DNA of 64,000 nucleotides from Chloropicon primus (taxonomy: Eukaryota), in assembly GCA_023205875.1 (NCBI GenBank), contig CP060762.1, forward strand, positions 372,001 to 436,000, read 5' to 3'. The translations under genes and the position numbers were made by a program. The notes under the pieces are model-generated. The model ran no database searches. It saw nothing but the letters and a program-made list of their open reading frames with translations, and had not been told where the DNA came from. Shown here piece after piece: positions 36,271 to 47,394 of the stretch (positions are counted from its first letter, which is position 1; the number at the start of each line of letters is the position of its first letter).

Positions 36271-38654
36271 ATGGGCACGGAGAGCTTGGGGTGTATGAAG
36301 GCTGACTACCTGAAGCGAAAGGCTGACGGAGAGGTGAAGAAACAGAATTATAGAGACGCTATCGAGCACTACACGGAAGCCCTGAAGGTGAGTGTCAGTG
36401 CGAAGGAGGAGAAGGAGGTCAAGTTGTTGCTGATGCGTGTCTGGCTGCTAACTCACAAGCTCGCTCACTCGCTCCGTCGCAGCTTCTGGAGGCGAACGGG
36501 ACGAAGACAAAGGGACAGGGAGGGCAGAACCACCTCGTCCTCAGCAACCGCTCTTTGGCTCTGACCCGGTGCGGACGGTATGCTTCGGCCCTCGAGGACG
36601 CCAATCGATGCGTACTCCTCAAGCCGCGCTGGGCGAAGGCGCACTGGAGGAAAGCGCAGGCACTCAAGGGCCTCAAGCGCAGGGCTGAGGCGCTCGAGGC
36701 CCTTAAGGCGTCGTACGACCGCGTGGACGCCCCCCGCGGTGACGACGAAGGAGACAGGGAGAGAGAGGAAGTCGCAAAGGAGATCCGACGAGTGGTCGCA
36801 TCCATGAGGCGGGAGGAGATTGCCCAGTGGATCGTGAACGCCCTCGCGAAGCTCCAAGAGGGTGGTGCCATCAAAGCGGCAACGCTCGAGGACGTGTCCA
36901 AGGAAGAAAAGGTGGAAGCGTGTTTCAGGCACATCAAGATTTCCCACCAGCAGGACCAGAGCGGCGCAGAGAGGTCCGTGTACTTCGACAAAGTCTACGA
37001 ATGGCTCTTGGATTCTTGCATCTGTGACAGGGAGGCGTATGAGCTTCGATCAGCGATTTACTGCAAGGCAAAATGCTTGAAGCAGGCCCAAGCGGACGCC
37101 ATGCTGGCTGTTGCCTGCACTCACAAACACTACAGCGACGCAGCCAATTCTAGCGGTCCCTCTGGAGCGACCACAGTAGCAAAGTACAAGGACTTGGCGC
37201 GGACTTACTGCCAGTTGGGTGTCGCTTACACGTGTGAGAAGAGCGATCACGATGACGTAGATCTCGCGCAGGGAGTCAAGTGCTTCAGCCAAGCCTGCGA
37301 GTACGACAGCAAAGAAGACAAGTACCAATCCAAGTTGAAGGAGTTTGCGGAGAAGCTGTCGCCGCAGGAGACTGCAAGGGTGCAGGATTTGCTTAGACAG
37401 GCGCAGGCCGGGGAGTACAAGCATAGCCACTTGCTCCAGGGCGAGCGCGGCGTGCAGATTCACCAAATGATCGTAAGCATAACGTTCAGAGAAGGAACAA
37501 GGGGTGGGCTGACAGCAGCAGTGAGGGAAGAGCTGAGGGGGTCGTTCGCGAAGCATTTCATGTGCAGGAGCACGCTGGATGTCCAGTTCGCTTTCATTAA
37601 ATTTAGCGAAGCGGGTGGTCTGACCGTGGGCCTGGAAATTCACATCCGTTGCGCCGCGGACAGCGCAAACTTGCGGACAGCCAAAGGGTTTGTGAAAGAC
37701 CTGTGCTCCCCGTCGTATGCAAGCACCATCTACAGTATCATCGAGGGCGAAAACACTGAGAGACAGCTGGGGAGGAGCATCCAAGCCGCCTCTGCTGAGC
37801 TTTCAGACATCACCGAGAGCGTCCGCGCGCAGCAAGGTACGGATGATTTTGAATTTTCCTACCTGCTCGGCGGCAAAGCAAGTGCGGGGCGAGTGGAAGG
37901 AGATCAGAAACCAGCAAGGCCCAAAACAGAAATCGAGCTGCCTTACAAAATGTACAAGTTGGTCCTAGCAGATGGCAGTCCTTGCGAACGCGCAGAAAAG
38001 CACGGCTTTGCGATGTCCCGAGTGTACTACAGCAAGGCAGAATTGCCGGACGAAGTGTACGCTCAGTTGTGTGACTCGTCCCTGAGGTGGCGGCAAAGCA
38101 GCGATGAGGTGAAAATCATTTTGCTGCAAGTTCCCCGGGGGCTCAAGGCCAGCCGGGACTTGGGGGTCCAGATGCTTCCCGACTTTGTCAAGTGCGCCAG
38201 CAGGTCGGGCGAGGAGGTCTACTTTGAAGGAAAGCTCTGCCGTGGGATCATTCCAGAGCAATCCATGTGGGAGTATGACGCAGATACCGGGGCCTTGACG
38301 TTCTATCTGAAGAAGATGAATCTGGAGCTCCTGTCCAAGTCGTACCAGCACGCCGAGATGTGGTGGCCCAAGTTGTGCGTCCACCACACAGAGATCCAGT
38401 GGGACGACTATGAAAAGGACTACAGCGACCTTCCCGAACCCATAATGCAGCAGTACGAGAAGAACGAGATCCAATCAAAGCTGTTGAACAACTTGGAGTA
38501 CAAGGAGAGGCTCAAGAATGAAGCCTTGCAGGAGTCTGATGAGCTCCGCAAGCGCCTGCGTCAGGAGAGGCTCCACGAGATGCGCACGGGCCAAAGCCTT
38601 TCTTGGGTTGACCTCAACCAAGGAAAGAAGTCCAAAAAGCGCATTGGACTCTGA
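36271..38654 (+). CDS. TPR and CS (p23/NudC-like) domain protein
   Basis: join(36271..36387,36483..38654). TPR (YRDAIEHYTEAL..SNRSLA..PRWAKAHWRKAQAL) and CS domain (WRQSSDEV..GKLCRGIIPEQSMW). Confidence 0.8.
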
Positions 38655-38761
38655 TGGCTCCGAACAACCCTCATTCTTCGACAACAACAGGCAGAGGGCT
38701 TTCTCTTCTCTAGATTGTAGTACACAAGCGTGCCCAGCAGCTGCCACACCTCTTCTCCGTT

Positions 38762-38977
38762 TTACTTGGTCACAGACTTGGTCATTGCCTTGACGCGTTC
38801 GACGCACTTCTTCCAGACGTCCACCTCGTGCTGGCAGTACACCTGCCGGGAACCATTCCTCGCCATGCACCTTTGCGTCGCTATGGCCTCGTCCCTGCAA
38901 AGTCTCTGCTCAGCCGGCGCATCAGGATCCTGCCTCTTGCCACTGCCCTGGTACACAAAAGCTCCCGCGCTCCTCAT
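38762..38977 (-). CDS. Twin CX9C mitochondrial intermembrane-space protein (CMC4/MTCP1-like)
   Basis: C-RDEAIATQR-C-X10-C-QHEVDVWKK-C in a 71-aa ORF from ATG 38977. Confidence 0.7.
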   Translation of the reverse strand: MRSAGAFVYQGSGKRQDPDAPAEQRLCRDEAIATQRCMARNGSRQVYCQHEVDVWKKCVERVKAMTKSVTK

Positions 38978-39173
38978 CCCTCGAACGCAAGTGTGGGCGA
39001 TGCGATGGAAGCGATGAGCCTCGAGCTCCGAGATCAAACGAATCCCTTCAACACCCTCCCGTACCCGCCTTCACTCTCTCCTCTCTCTCTCTTCAAAGCC
39101 AGCCTCTTATTGATGAGGCCTGCTGACTTTATCGAAAAACCAAAATGAGGTGGAGGTGGCCTCCTGCCTCCAT

Positions 39174-39258
39174 GCAATGCAGGGTGGTCGCCTCCCTCTT
39201 GCTCAGAAAGCAATGCAGGGTGGTCGGCCTCCCTCTTGCTCAGAAAGCAATGCAGGGC
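39174..39258. repeat. Short tandem repeat, 36-37 bp unit, ~2.3 copies
   Basis: gcaatgcagggtggtcg(g)cctccctcttgctcagaaa starting at 39174 and 39210, partial copy at 39247. Confidence 0.85.
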
Positions 39259-39340
39259 GGTGGTCCTCTTTCCTTGCTTCCTTCCTCGATGACAGACAGA
39301 GCATGATGTCCTTGTCCAGAGAAAGGTCTTGAGAGGCCGG

Positions 39341-40321
39341 TCAGGAAACAAGTTCAATGCCGAGGCCCTCCATGGACAAGACCCTGAGAAGGTACTGCAT
39401 CTGAGTCCCGTGGGGATGCTCCGACACGGACTGAGCTTGGCCGTAGTACGTCGGTCCAAAGAGGTCCGTGGCCGCGACCGGGGCAGTGAAGCCGTACACG
39501 AACACAATTTTGCAGATACTGGTGAGGAAGAAGAGGGGCATGAGGGCCCAGGGCATGCCATCTTCATCCAAAGCTGCGCGATCGTCCGAAAAGGTCTCTC
39601 CCAAGCTCATTGCACGCTTCATGATCGTCCGGTAAGCCTTTCTCACTCTCAGATCAAAGACGGGCGAAAGGTAGTACGCCTGGACGTCCGGCTGACTCTT
39701 CCTGAGTTCCGCGTAGTCCTGGACAGGGACGTCCCCGTGGATAAGCAGGGCCTTCGATCTTGGTCTCTTGGCCTTGTCGAAACCAGATTCTGGAATGAAG
39801 GCGTCGATGGATCCCTCCGTCACCGCGAGGTACGTCCGCTTCCTTCCCGCGTGAGCGTCGTACTTGGTTGAAGTGCTGTCGATAAACCTGAGCACGGCCT
39901 GATGCCTGTCGATTTCTCCGCCCCTCTCTTCCGACAAGAGGCTCACGGAATTGCCTACGAGCGCACACGTGTTGTGTCTCAGGCCACTCGTGTTGTTCGG
40001 AAGGAGTTTCTTGAACAAGACCTGGTCATCCTCCGTGAGCAAGAGAAGCGAAAGCTCCTCTCTTGTCAAATCATCCTTCAGTACCACGCGATCGCTGCCC
40101 GAGAGAGGTGCTACGGGAAGGTCCAAACCTTGGACCAGGTATTGAGTGATCCGTGAGTGCTCCTTCCCTCCCTGCAAGCTCTTGAGCTCCGAGGCGACCG
40201 TCTTCCGCCTCCCGGTCCCCGCCGTGGCGTTTGGAAGGCTCGTTTGGCTCCACAAAACCACCTCGAATACAATCAGCACGAGGCACAGAGAGTAAACAAA
40301 CATCGCGAGGACTCGGATCAC
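39341..40321 (-). CDS. Sialyltransferase-like glycosyltransferase (GT29); 5' end uncertain
   Basis: N-terminal TM anchor; sialylmotif L (TCALVGNS..L.....G.EIDRHQAVLRF), motif S remnant (ICKIVFVYGF), YY motif. Confidence 0.82.
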   Translation of the reverse strand: MIRVLAMFVYSLCLVLIVFEVVLWSQTSLPNATAGTGRRKTVASELKSLQGGKEHSRITQYLVQGLDLPVAPLSGSDRVVLKDDLTREELSLLLLTEDDQVLFKKLLPNNTSGLRHNTCALVGNSVSLLSEERGGEIDRHQAVLRFIDSTSTKYDAHAGRKRTYLAVTEGSIDAFIPESGFDKAKRPRSKALLIHGDVPVQDYAELRKSQPDVQAYYLSPVFDLRVRKAYRTIMKRAMSLGETFSDDRAALDEDGMPWALMPLFFLTSICKIVFVYGFTAPVAATDLFGPTYYGQAQSVSEHPHGTQMQYLLRVLSMEGLGIELVS

Positions 40322-41123
40322 TTGCGTTCCACACCTTTAGCCCTCGCCCAATCCATGGACAGCGTAAACCTCCTCACTGCTCCATGGAGCTCCTGAACGT
40401 CTGAACTGCTACTGGATCCACAATGAAAGATGCAGAACAAAGGGGAGATGGCGCTCACCTTCGGGGACGGAGGGAGCTCTCGATGGACCTCCTCGACCCG
40501 TGAGACGTTTCAAACGGGTCACGATGCGACCTTTGGGCCTTTCCACCGTCCCCGTCGCCGTCCTCGTCCTCTTGAGTGGAGTTGTCCTCTCTTCCTCCTC
40601 CTGTGTATTGGTTTCCACGCTTCCCTCAAGTCGCCTTGCCGAACCTAGGCAACCTTGGTGGCAATTGAAAGACCGAGAGAGAAGTGCTTCCGAGTGATGC
40701 GATCCAAACCGTCTCAGCTTGTTGTGCCCTCCTCCTGACTCCACCTCCCCTTTCCTGCTGCAAACGGGCAAACGTTTAGTCAAATCCTCCACACTCGGTC
40801 AATTCGTTCGAGTGAGTGGTCATTCGAAAGAGAAAGAGACAGGGAGTCCATCCCATGCCTCTCCTCCGTTCCTCCTCCTTCCCTTTCACCGTCCGCAACG
40901 CCATCCATACTCACCTGTCCCTCCTCCTTCCTCTTGCTGTGTGAGGGGTGTGGCCTTACCCTGAGAATTGAGTATACTTGGAGAAGTAGTGGGCACGCGC
41001 CTTGGCTCCGCTCCGCTGGATTCAATTGCTCACCAGCAGCTCCAACTCCGCGACGGAGGCTGTTGTTCCCTTGAGGCCCAGGCACCTACGTGTTCTTCAT
41101 TGCGCTAAGGGTTGCATTGGTTC

Positions 41124-43537
41124 ATGCAGGGCGATAAGCAGACCACACTTAACCCAACCTTCTCAACCATGGACGTCGAAATGGACACCAAGGGCGGAGG
41201 GGATCATAATCCCTTTAACCCCAAGAAAAAAATAAAGGACGTTGCATGCTTGGCTGTGTTTTATGCCTTTCTTGTGAGCGTCTTCATTCTTTGCGGCATG
41301 GCGTACTCGGAAGGAAACCCTCACATCCTGTTCTTTGGCTTGGACTACAGAGGAAGGGTCTGCGGAGAGAAGTCCCTCTCTGGTTTTGATGCCAGGTATT
41401 GGGTGAGTCGCCAAACACAAACACGTTCTCTTCCTCAGCAAACTCTGCACACCTTACTGACTAACACACCCGCTTGATCCGTTTGTCCACTTCCTTCTTC
41501 CTTGTTCGCTGCTTGCAGGTGAACGCTGGCCAGGTGGTGACCTCTGTCATGTCCAATCCCGCAAACTTCTTCGACTCCAAAAGTGTTTGCCTGAAGCAGT
41601 GCCCCAGAGTGAACGAGAAGACGACGAGCAACTATACAGTTCTGCCTTGGGTTTGCAACTACCCTGACGGTTACGGCCCGAGCGATCAGTTCCCAGATCC
41701 ACACCAAACTGGGGCTGCTTCTCCTGTGCCTATGACCTACACCGAGTGGGCCAGGCGCAAGTACAACTATTTTGACTTGCTTACGCCAGAGCAGAAGACG
41801 TCCTCGCTCAACCTCCAAGGTCCATGCTTCCCCGTGCTCATGAAGACGACAAACCAGTATGACGTATGCCAACCTTACGGTACGTGTTCGTGTGGTGATG
41901 CATTCACGCACACACACACACACACACACACAAACTCTTCTGTTGAAGAGAGCTCTGGCACTGACAACCTTCCTTTTATTCCTCTCTCCCTTTCAGGCGG
42001 TATCATCGGGCGCAGCGACAACTCTCGCCTCTACAAGGTTTGGACCGACATGGGTGGCAAGTCCGTGGATGACCCTGGCTCGATTGTCGAGAATTCTGTG
42101 TTCAGTTACATTGGGGACGGCGTCAGAGTCATGAACCGTTACATGAACGACCTCACCAATGGCTGGCTCGTCGTGCTAGTCTGCGGAGTCGGCGTGACGC
42201 TGGTGCTTTCTTACTTTTGGCTGTTTCTGCTCAAGCTGTTTGCCCCACTGATGGCGTGGCTCGTCATCATCGTCGCGAACTTGATGAGCATTGCCCTCAC
42301 GGCTCTGCTCTACCTGAAGGCGGGAATCATCTCCGCCGATTCGATCGATGCTTTCGTGGGGACGGACTACGGGGATGACCTGCCTGAAGACTTCGACTCT
42401 TCGTCCAAGAACAAGGACACCCTCCTCATCTGCGCGATTGTCACAACGGTCTTCACTGTCTGCCTGATGGCGTTCACCTTCTTCATGATTAGTAGGGTGA
42501 AGCTGGCCCTTCGCTGCCTGGAAGTCGGCAGGAAGGCGTTGAGCAAGGCACCACAGGTGATGATCTACCCAGCGACCTTCCCGTTCTTGTTTGGCGTGGG
42601 CTTCATCGCCCTTTGGCTCTTCGCGATCGTACACATCTTTTCCATGGGCAACATCACTCAAAGGGAGTGCACGATCGACCAGAACGAAGCCTTGTTCATC
42701 GGCCTTGGCGGGAATCCAAACTGCGGGGCAAGGGAGCAGTGCCAGTGCGGTTACGACGTGGAGGTGAACAACCAGATGAAGTACATGGGGCTTTACTTCC
42801 TGTTTGCTTTGCTGTGGGTCCTTGCCTTTAACAACGGCTTCACAAAGCTTGTCGTCGCTGGTGCGGTGGCCCCGTACTACTGGAACAGAGGAGAGATGCA
42901 AGACTCGCCCTTGAGCGGTTCCTTCAAAAACGCCTTCAAGTACCACCAGGGATCAGTGGCTTGCGGTGCCTTTCTTGTCTCCATCGTGCAGTTCGTCGCC
43001 ATTCTCCTCAAGTTCCTAGAAAAGAGAATGAAGGCCATGAGCACGAACTCTGCGGTGCGTTACATTTGGTACTGCATCAACTGCTGCATCCATTGCTTAA
43101 AGAGGCTCATCGCGTTCATCACCGGGCAGGCCTACGTTATGATCGCCATCGAGGGCAAGGGCTTTTTCAAGTCCGCGATGAGAGCGGGCGGGCTCATTGC
43201 TGCCAATGCCCTGAAGAGCGCAGCTGTCCAGATCGTCGGCGATAGCATCCTTGCTCTTGCGAAGCTCTCAGTCGTCATCGGATCGGGCGTGGCCTGCATC
43301 GCGATATTGGAGAACAAGGAGTACTACCACGGGAGCTTGAAGGTCACATCTCCCCTCACGCCCTGCATTGCCAGTATGATCATTTCCTACTTGCTGTCAA
43401 GCAAGTTCTTTGCCGTGATCGAGACAAGCATTGATACCATGTTCCTTAGCTTCTGCCTGGACTGCGAGAAGAATGGCAAGCCTTTGTTGGCTCCCCCCGT
43501 GCTCCACGCCATGATGGACAGTGACGAAGAGGAGTAA
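41124..43537 (+). CDS. Choline transporter-like protein (CTL/SLC44 family)
   Basis: Exons 41124..41402, 41519..41879, 41997..43537. GLDYRGRVCG, VCLKQCP, YHQGSVACGAF, AYVMIAIEGKGFFKSA, IDTMFLSFCLD. Confidence 0.9.
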
Positions 43538-43662
43538 AGAGTAAGATGGGAAGTGCGTGCGTTCCCCAAGATTATTATTCTTGATATTTCAATGAAAACC
43601 GGAGTCTTTTCTTTGATTGGCGCGAACTTTTTTAACACCACCCAAAGTCGGAAAGAAATAAA

Positions 43663-44658
43663 TTAATTGTCACCCGAGCAGGCCTTTCCACCGTAGATGA
43701 ACCTGTAGATGGCAGAAAAGTCCTTCCTCTGGTGGTCGCTTTGCATCTTCTGGTACAAGTCGTTGGCCAACTTCCCCAAGAAGATGTCTGCCTTCGCTCC
43801 CTCAGCAGCTTGCTGCGCAGAAGTGAGGTCCTTGATCATGAGCTCGGTCAGGAAACCGTTCTCATAGTCCCTCGAGGAGGGAACCCCTGGCATGACTCCC
43901 GGGCAAGGGTTGTAGAGGGACGTCGACCAGCACTGGGCACTGCTCGAGTTGAAGACTCTGGAAAGGTTCTCTGGGTCAAGCCCAAGCTTCTGCCCAAGGG
44001 CCATAGCCTCCGAAACCCCCGCCATGGTGATGCCCAGGACGAGGTTGTTGCAGAGCTTGGTGGACTGCCCAGCCCCCGTCGTCCCGCAGTGCACGGCCTG
44101 CTTGCCCACGGTGGGGACGAGGACGGCTTGAACCCTCTCAAAAATTTCCTCTGACGGGGCTCCGACCATGAACGTGAGCGTGGCCGCCTCCGCCCCGGGA
44201 ACCCCTCCACTCACCGGGGCGTCCACGAACGTCAAATCTCCGCTCTGGCCCAGCTGCTGCTGCATGTTCAAGCTGCACTGCGGCCCCGTCGAGGAGCAGT
44301 CGATGAAGAATTTCGGCTGAAGCTCGCCTGCACCCACGCTCAGGATCCCGTCCTCTCCTCCGAACACTCTCTCCACGTGCGCTGCGCTTGGCAACATGCT
44401 AATCACCGTCTCGACTCCCGCGGACCGGGCCAACGCAGCCGGCGAGGTCACGACCTCCGCACCCATGCTTTGGAACTCCTTGAGCACCTCCTCGTTCGTG
44501 TCACACACGACAACGTCTTGTCCACTTTTTAACAAGTTCTGGCACATGGGCCTTCCCATGGCTCCAACACCAACAAAACCAATCCGCTGAGATGAACTTG
44601 ATCGCTCTCCTGCCTGAAGTGAGTACGAGCGAGAGAAGAAGGATGCAGACGAGGCCAT
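43663..44658 (-). CDS. HIBADH: 3-hydroxyisobutyrate dehydrogenase (mitochondrial)
   Basis: IGFVGVGAMG, FVDAPVSGG, TKLCNN, YNPCPGV, LMIKDL motifs. Confidence 0.93.
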   Translation of the reverse strand: MASSASFFSRSYSLQAGERSSSSQRIGFVGVGAMGRPMCQNLLKSGQDVVVCDTNEEVLKEFQSMGAEVVTSPAALARSAGVETVISMLPSAAHVERVFGGEDGILSVGAGELQPKFFIDCSSTGPQCSLNMQQQLGQSGDLTFVDAPVSGGVPGAEAATLTFMVGAPSEEIFERVQAVLVPTVGKQAVHCGTTGAGQSTKLCNNLVLGITMAGVSEAMALGQKLGLDPENLSRVFNSSSAQCWSTSLYNPCPGVMPGVPSSRDYENGFLTELMIKDLTSAQQAAEGAKADIFLGKLANDLYQKMQSDHQRKDFSAIYRFIYGGKACSGDN

Positions 44659-45356
44659 AGGCCTGGACAGCCACGCTGAGGACCTTGGTAGGGCCAGGAG
44701 GAGGAGGAGGAGGAGGAGGAGGAGAAGAGAACAATCATGGGAGAACCATCGTTCAGGTCAGCACAAATTCACGTTTCGTAGAGGATGGAGTCGAGTCTCG
44801 GATCTCGAGATCGAGATCTTCTCGTCGCCCGCCTTAAGGAAGAGCATTGGGTTGGGTTGGGCGAAACGGGAAAGAGAACTGACTGTTTCGGACCGACGGA
44901 ACTTACTTTAAGCATGCCTCTCCGTTGAAAGTGGCCGTGCGCGGTACAAAGGAAGACGGCACAAATATCAAGCGTCTCAGTGCGTTGTTCATAGCCTTGG
45001 TCCTCGTCCTCTCGTCCTCTTGTCCTGGGTCTGTCCCCTGTCTATGCTTCTCCTTTTTGCCTAAAAGTCGCCGGAGTCGCTTTTGGCTTTTGGCCCTGAC
45101 ACATCAGCAACAGATCAATATCTTGGATGGGGATGGAGGGAGGAGGGAGGTTCAACAAGAGATGGAGAGGGACAAGGGGCAATGGCAATGTCCAGGACCG
45201 CGCGGACCACGCCCGAGTCATGGCATCATCCTCTGGGATCTCTTCGTGATGGCCTGGAACTCCAAATCGAAATCGAAAGAGTGTGTGGCGTGGTCACGCC
45301 TGCCTGCTGTTACAGAGTTTGGCACACACACACACACACAACAAAAGTTTACTTAC

Positions 45357-46715
45357 TTACAACTGGTGCGGGAGGGGGATGGAGAGACCATTGTCGAGGG
45401 TCTGGAACTCGCACCACATGAGGTGAAGCCCTTTGGCGGGGGCTGGCTTCCACTTCCTTCCGCCGGAGTCCACAAAAGACTTGCCGTCTCGAAGGGCGCG
45501 CTCAATTTCAGTCAGGTCGAGTTTGCCCTGCGCGTGCCACAGCATCGCGCCCACCATGTGCCGGACTTGGCGGTACAAGAACCCCTGGGGAGAAGGAGGA
45601 GAGGGGAAAGAACGGGGACACGAGTCAGCTTCGCGGTTCTTCCGTTGATCCTCCCCTCTCGCGCGGGGAGGGGCGGTCCTTACCTTCCCTCGACAGACCA
45701 CGTAGATCGAACCAGAACCAGGCGACGAGGAGTCGAGGCGGACCTCGCACTTCTCGACGTGCCTCACAGCCTCGCGATCGATCCCGTCGTGCGTCTTGTT
45801 GGAAAACGCCGTGAAGTCGTGAAGACCTTCCATCGCTTTGGCTGCCCTCCCCATTCTCTCCACGAAGCCGTCCCCGGCCTCGGACTTGATGCGGTGCCTC
45901 GTCTCAAAGGTGAAGGGGTCCTCGTAAACGGGGTTGAAGCTGATGTAGTAGTTGTACTGCTTCCTCGCGCAGTTCTGGATCACGTGGAACGAATCGGGCA
46001 CGTCCGACACCCAGACGCACCTCACTCCGGGGGGGAGCAAGCTGTTCAGGCTCTGGAGGAGCTTCCTGGACTCGACGGTGCCGTCCTTGAAAACGCGAGC
46101 CGAGCGGAACTCGACGACCTGGCCGTGTGCGTGAACCCCCGCGTCCGTTCTGCTGGCAGCCCTCATCCTGAGGGCCTTGAAGGAACCCGTGTTCAAAGCC
46201 GTGCTCAGAGCTTTGAGGAGCTTTCCTTGGACCGTTTCGAGCCGAGACCACGTCTTCCCGTTCTCTGGCTGGTACTGGAAACCAGCAAAGTCGGTGCCGA
46301 CGTACTTGACGAGAACCACGTGCTTGGTCAAGCTCGCTTCGCTTTCTTTCCCTCGCCGCGAACGATCAGAGACGAACCCGTCACCAGCAGGCAGAGGCCA
46401 AGGACGGTCTTGGCCGCGACCGCCTCGCCGAAGAGCGCGAGGCCAAGGACGGTGGAGGCCACCGCGTTGGCAGCGAGGTTCAACACTGTGACGTGGAGCA
46501 GAGGCAATGCCCTCAGACCGCGGTTGTGGAACGTGAACATGAGACACTGACTCAGAACGTAACCTCCGATGAGACTCAACTGCACCAAGTGGCCCGATAC
46601 CAAGCGAGTTCCCAAGGAGGCATCCGACGCGTCGTCGTGCGCCCTTCCGCCGATGAAGCGCATCAGCGCCCCTCCCGCCGCTCCGAGGCAACCGGAAGCC
46701 ACAGGGCTCAACCAT
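45357..46715 (-). CDS. truA: tRNA pseudouridine synthase A with long N-terminal extension
   Basis: YVGTDFAGFQ, TVQ, ASRTDAGVHAHGQV, GLHDFTAF, GFLYRQVRHMVG, APAKGLHL; intron 45585..45683. The only in-frame ATG upstream of the domain is at 46715. Confidence 0.9.
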   Translation of the reverse strand: MVEPCGFRLPRSGGRGADALHRRKGARRRVGCLLGNSLGIGPLGAVESHRRLRSESVSHVHVPQPRSEGIASAPRHSVEPRCQRGGLHRPWPRALRRGGRGQDRPWPLPAGDGFVSDRSRRGKESEASLTKHVVLVKYVGTDFAGFQYQPENGKTWSRLETVQGKLLKALSTALNTGSFKALRMRAASRTDAGVHAHGQVVEFRSARVFKDGTVESRKLLQSLNSLLPPGVRCVWVSDVPDSFHVIQNCARKQYNYYISFNPVYEDPFTFETRHRIKSEAGDGFVERMGRAAKAMEGLHDFTAFSNKTHDGIDREAVRHVEKCEVRLDSSSPGSGSIYVVCRGKVRTAPPRARGEDQRKNREADSCPRSFPSPPSPQGFLYRQVRHMVGAMLWHAQGKLDLTEIERALRDGKSFVDSGGRKWKPAPAKGLHLMWCEFQTLDNGLSIPLPHQL

Positions 46716-46720
46716 TGCAT
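46328..46720 (-). CDS. Small four-TM DMT/EamA-like membrane protein (TMEM42-like), overlapping truA in another frame
   Basis: 130 aa with four hydrophobic helices; VTVLNLAANAVASTVLGLALFGE.....TVLGLCLLVTGSSLI matches the TMEM42/DMT C-terminal pattern; basic tail. Confidence 0.72.
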   Translation of the reverse strand: MQWLSPVASGCLGAAGGALMRFIGGRAHDDASDASLGTRLVSGHLVQLSLIGGYVLSQCLMFTFHNRGLRALPLLHVTVLNLAANAVASTVLGLALFGEAVAAKTVLGLCLLVTGSSLIVRGEGKKAKRA

Positions 46721-47394
46721 CCCGGTCTTCTACCGAGGAGATGTTGGATGTCCTCCTTCCAACGCACTTGGTGCTTCACTTCCCTCCGTCAAACAGGCCG
46801 TGCGACGCACCGACGGAGAGGCCGCGCCATCTTCTTTCGCACCCACGAAGGAACGACGCCCTGCGTCGCGGTCCCCGCCATCCACTCCCTCGCGAAGCTC
46901 GACCCCTCCACGCCCCGAATCAAACCAAGGCAGATGGACAAACTATGGCGCCTCCCGAAATCAATGGACGGCCAAAACAGCCAAATGACGTGTCGATCGA
47001 AAGATCGTGAGAAGACGCATCGCTTCACGGCCTCACCTTCACCTCCCCATCCCCTTGCCGTCCTCCACGTTCTCGAGAAGAGCGCACAAAAGTCTCAGGC
47101 TTTAATTCCGTTCTGATCATCCGCGAACTCGAACTTCTCCTGCAGCCGCCATAACTCTGCAGGGGAAGGAGCCCCACGATCGAGGAACTGAGGTGAGTTC
47201 GCGACAATTTCGACAGCGGGGACGAGGTGGACGAGGCGGAAGGGACGCACCAACGCATCCGTCTTGTCTCGATCTTTCGAATGCGCTCTCATGTGGAAAG
47301 AATCGACGGCATGGCGTGGGAATGGAGGAGCTGAACTCGTTTTGTTTTGTTTTTGTTTTGTTTTGATGGTCCAGCACAGGAGGAGAACGCAAGC

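Noticed and set aside
39174..39258. 36-37 bp repeats as a mini-CRISPR
   Set aside because: Units are contiguous with no spacers, there are no cas genes, and the context is eukaryotic.
40409..40792. Upstream ORF as exon 1 of the GT29 gene
   Set aside because: A GTGAG donor exists, but the splices I tried hit stops before the GT29 frame; left unresolved.
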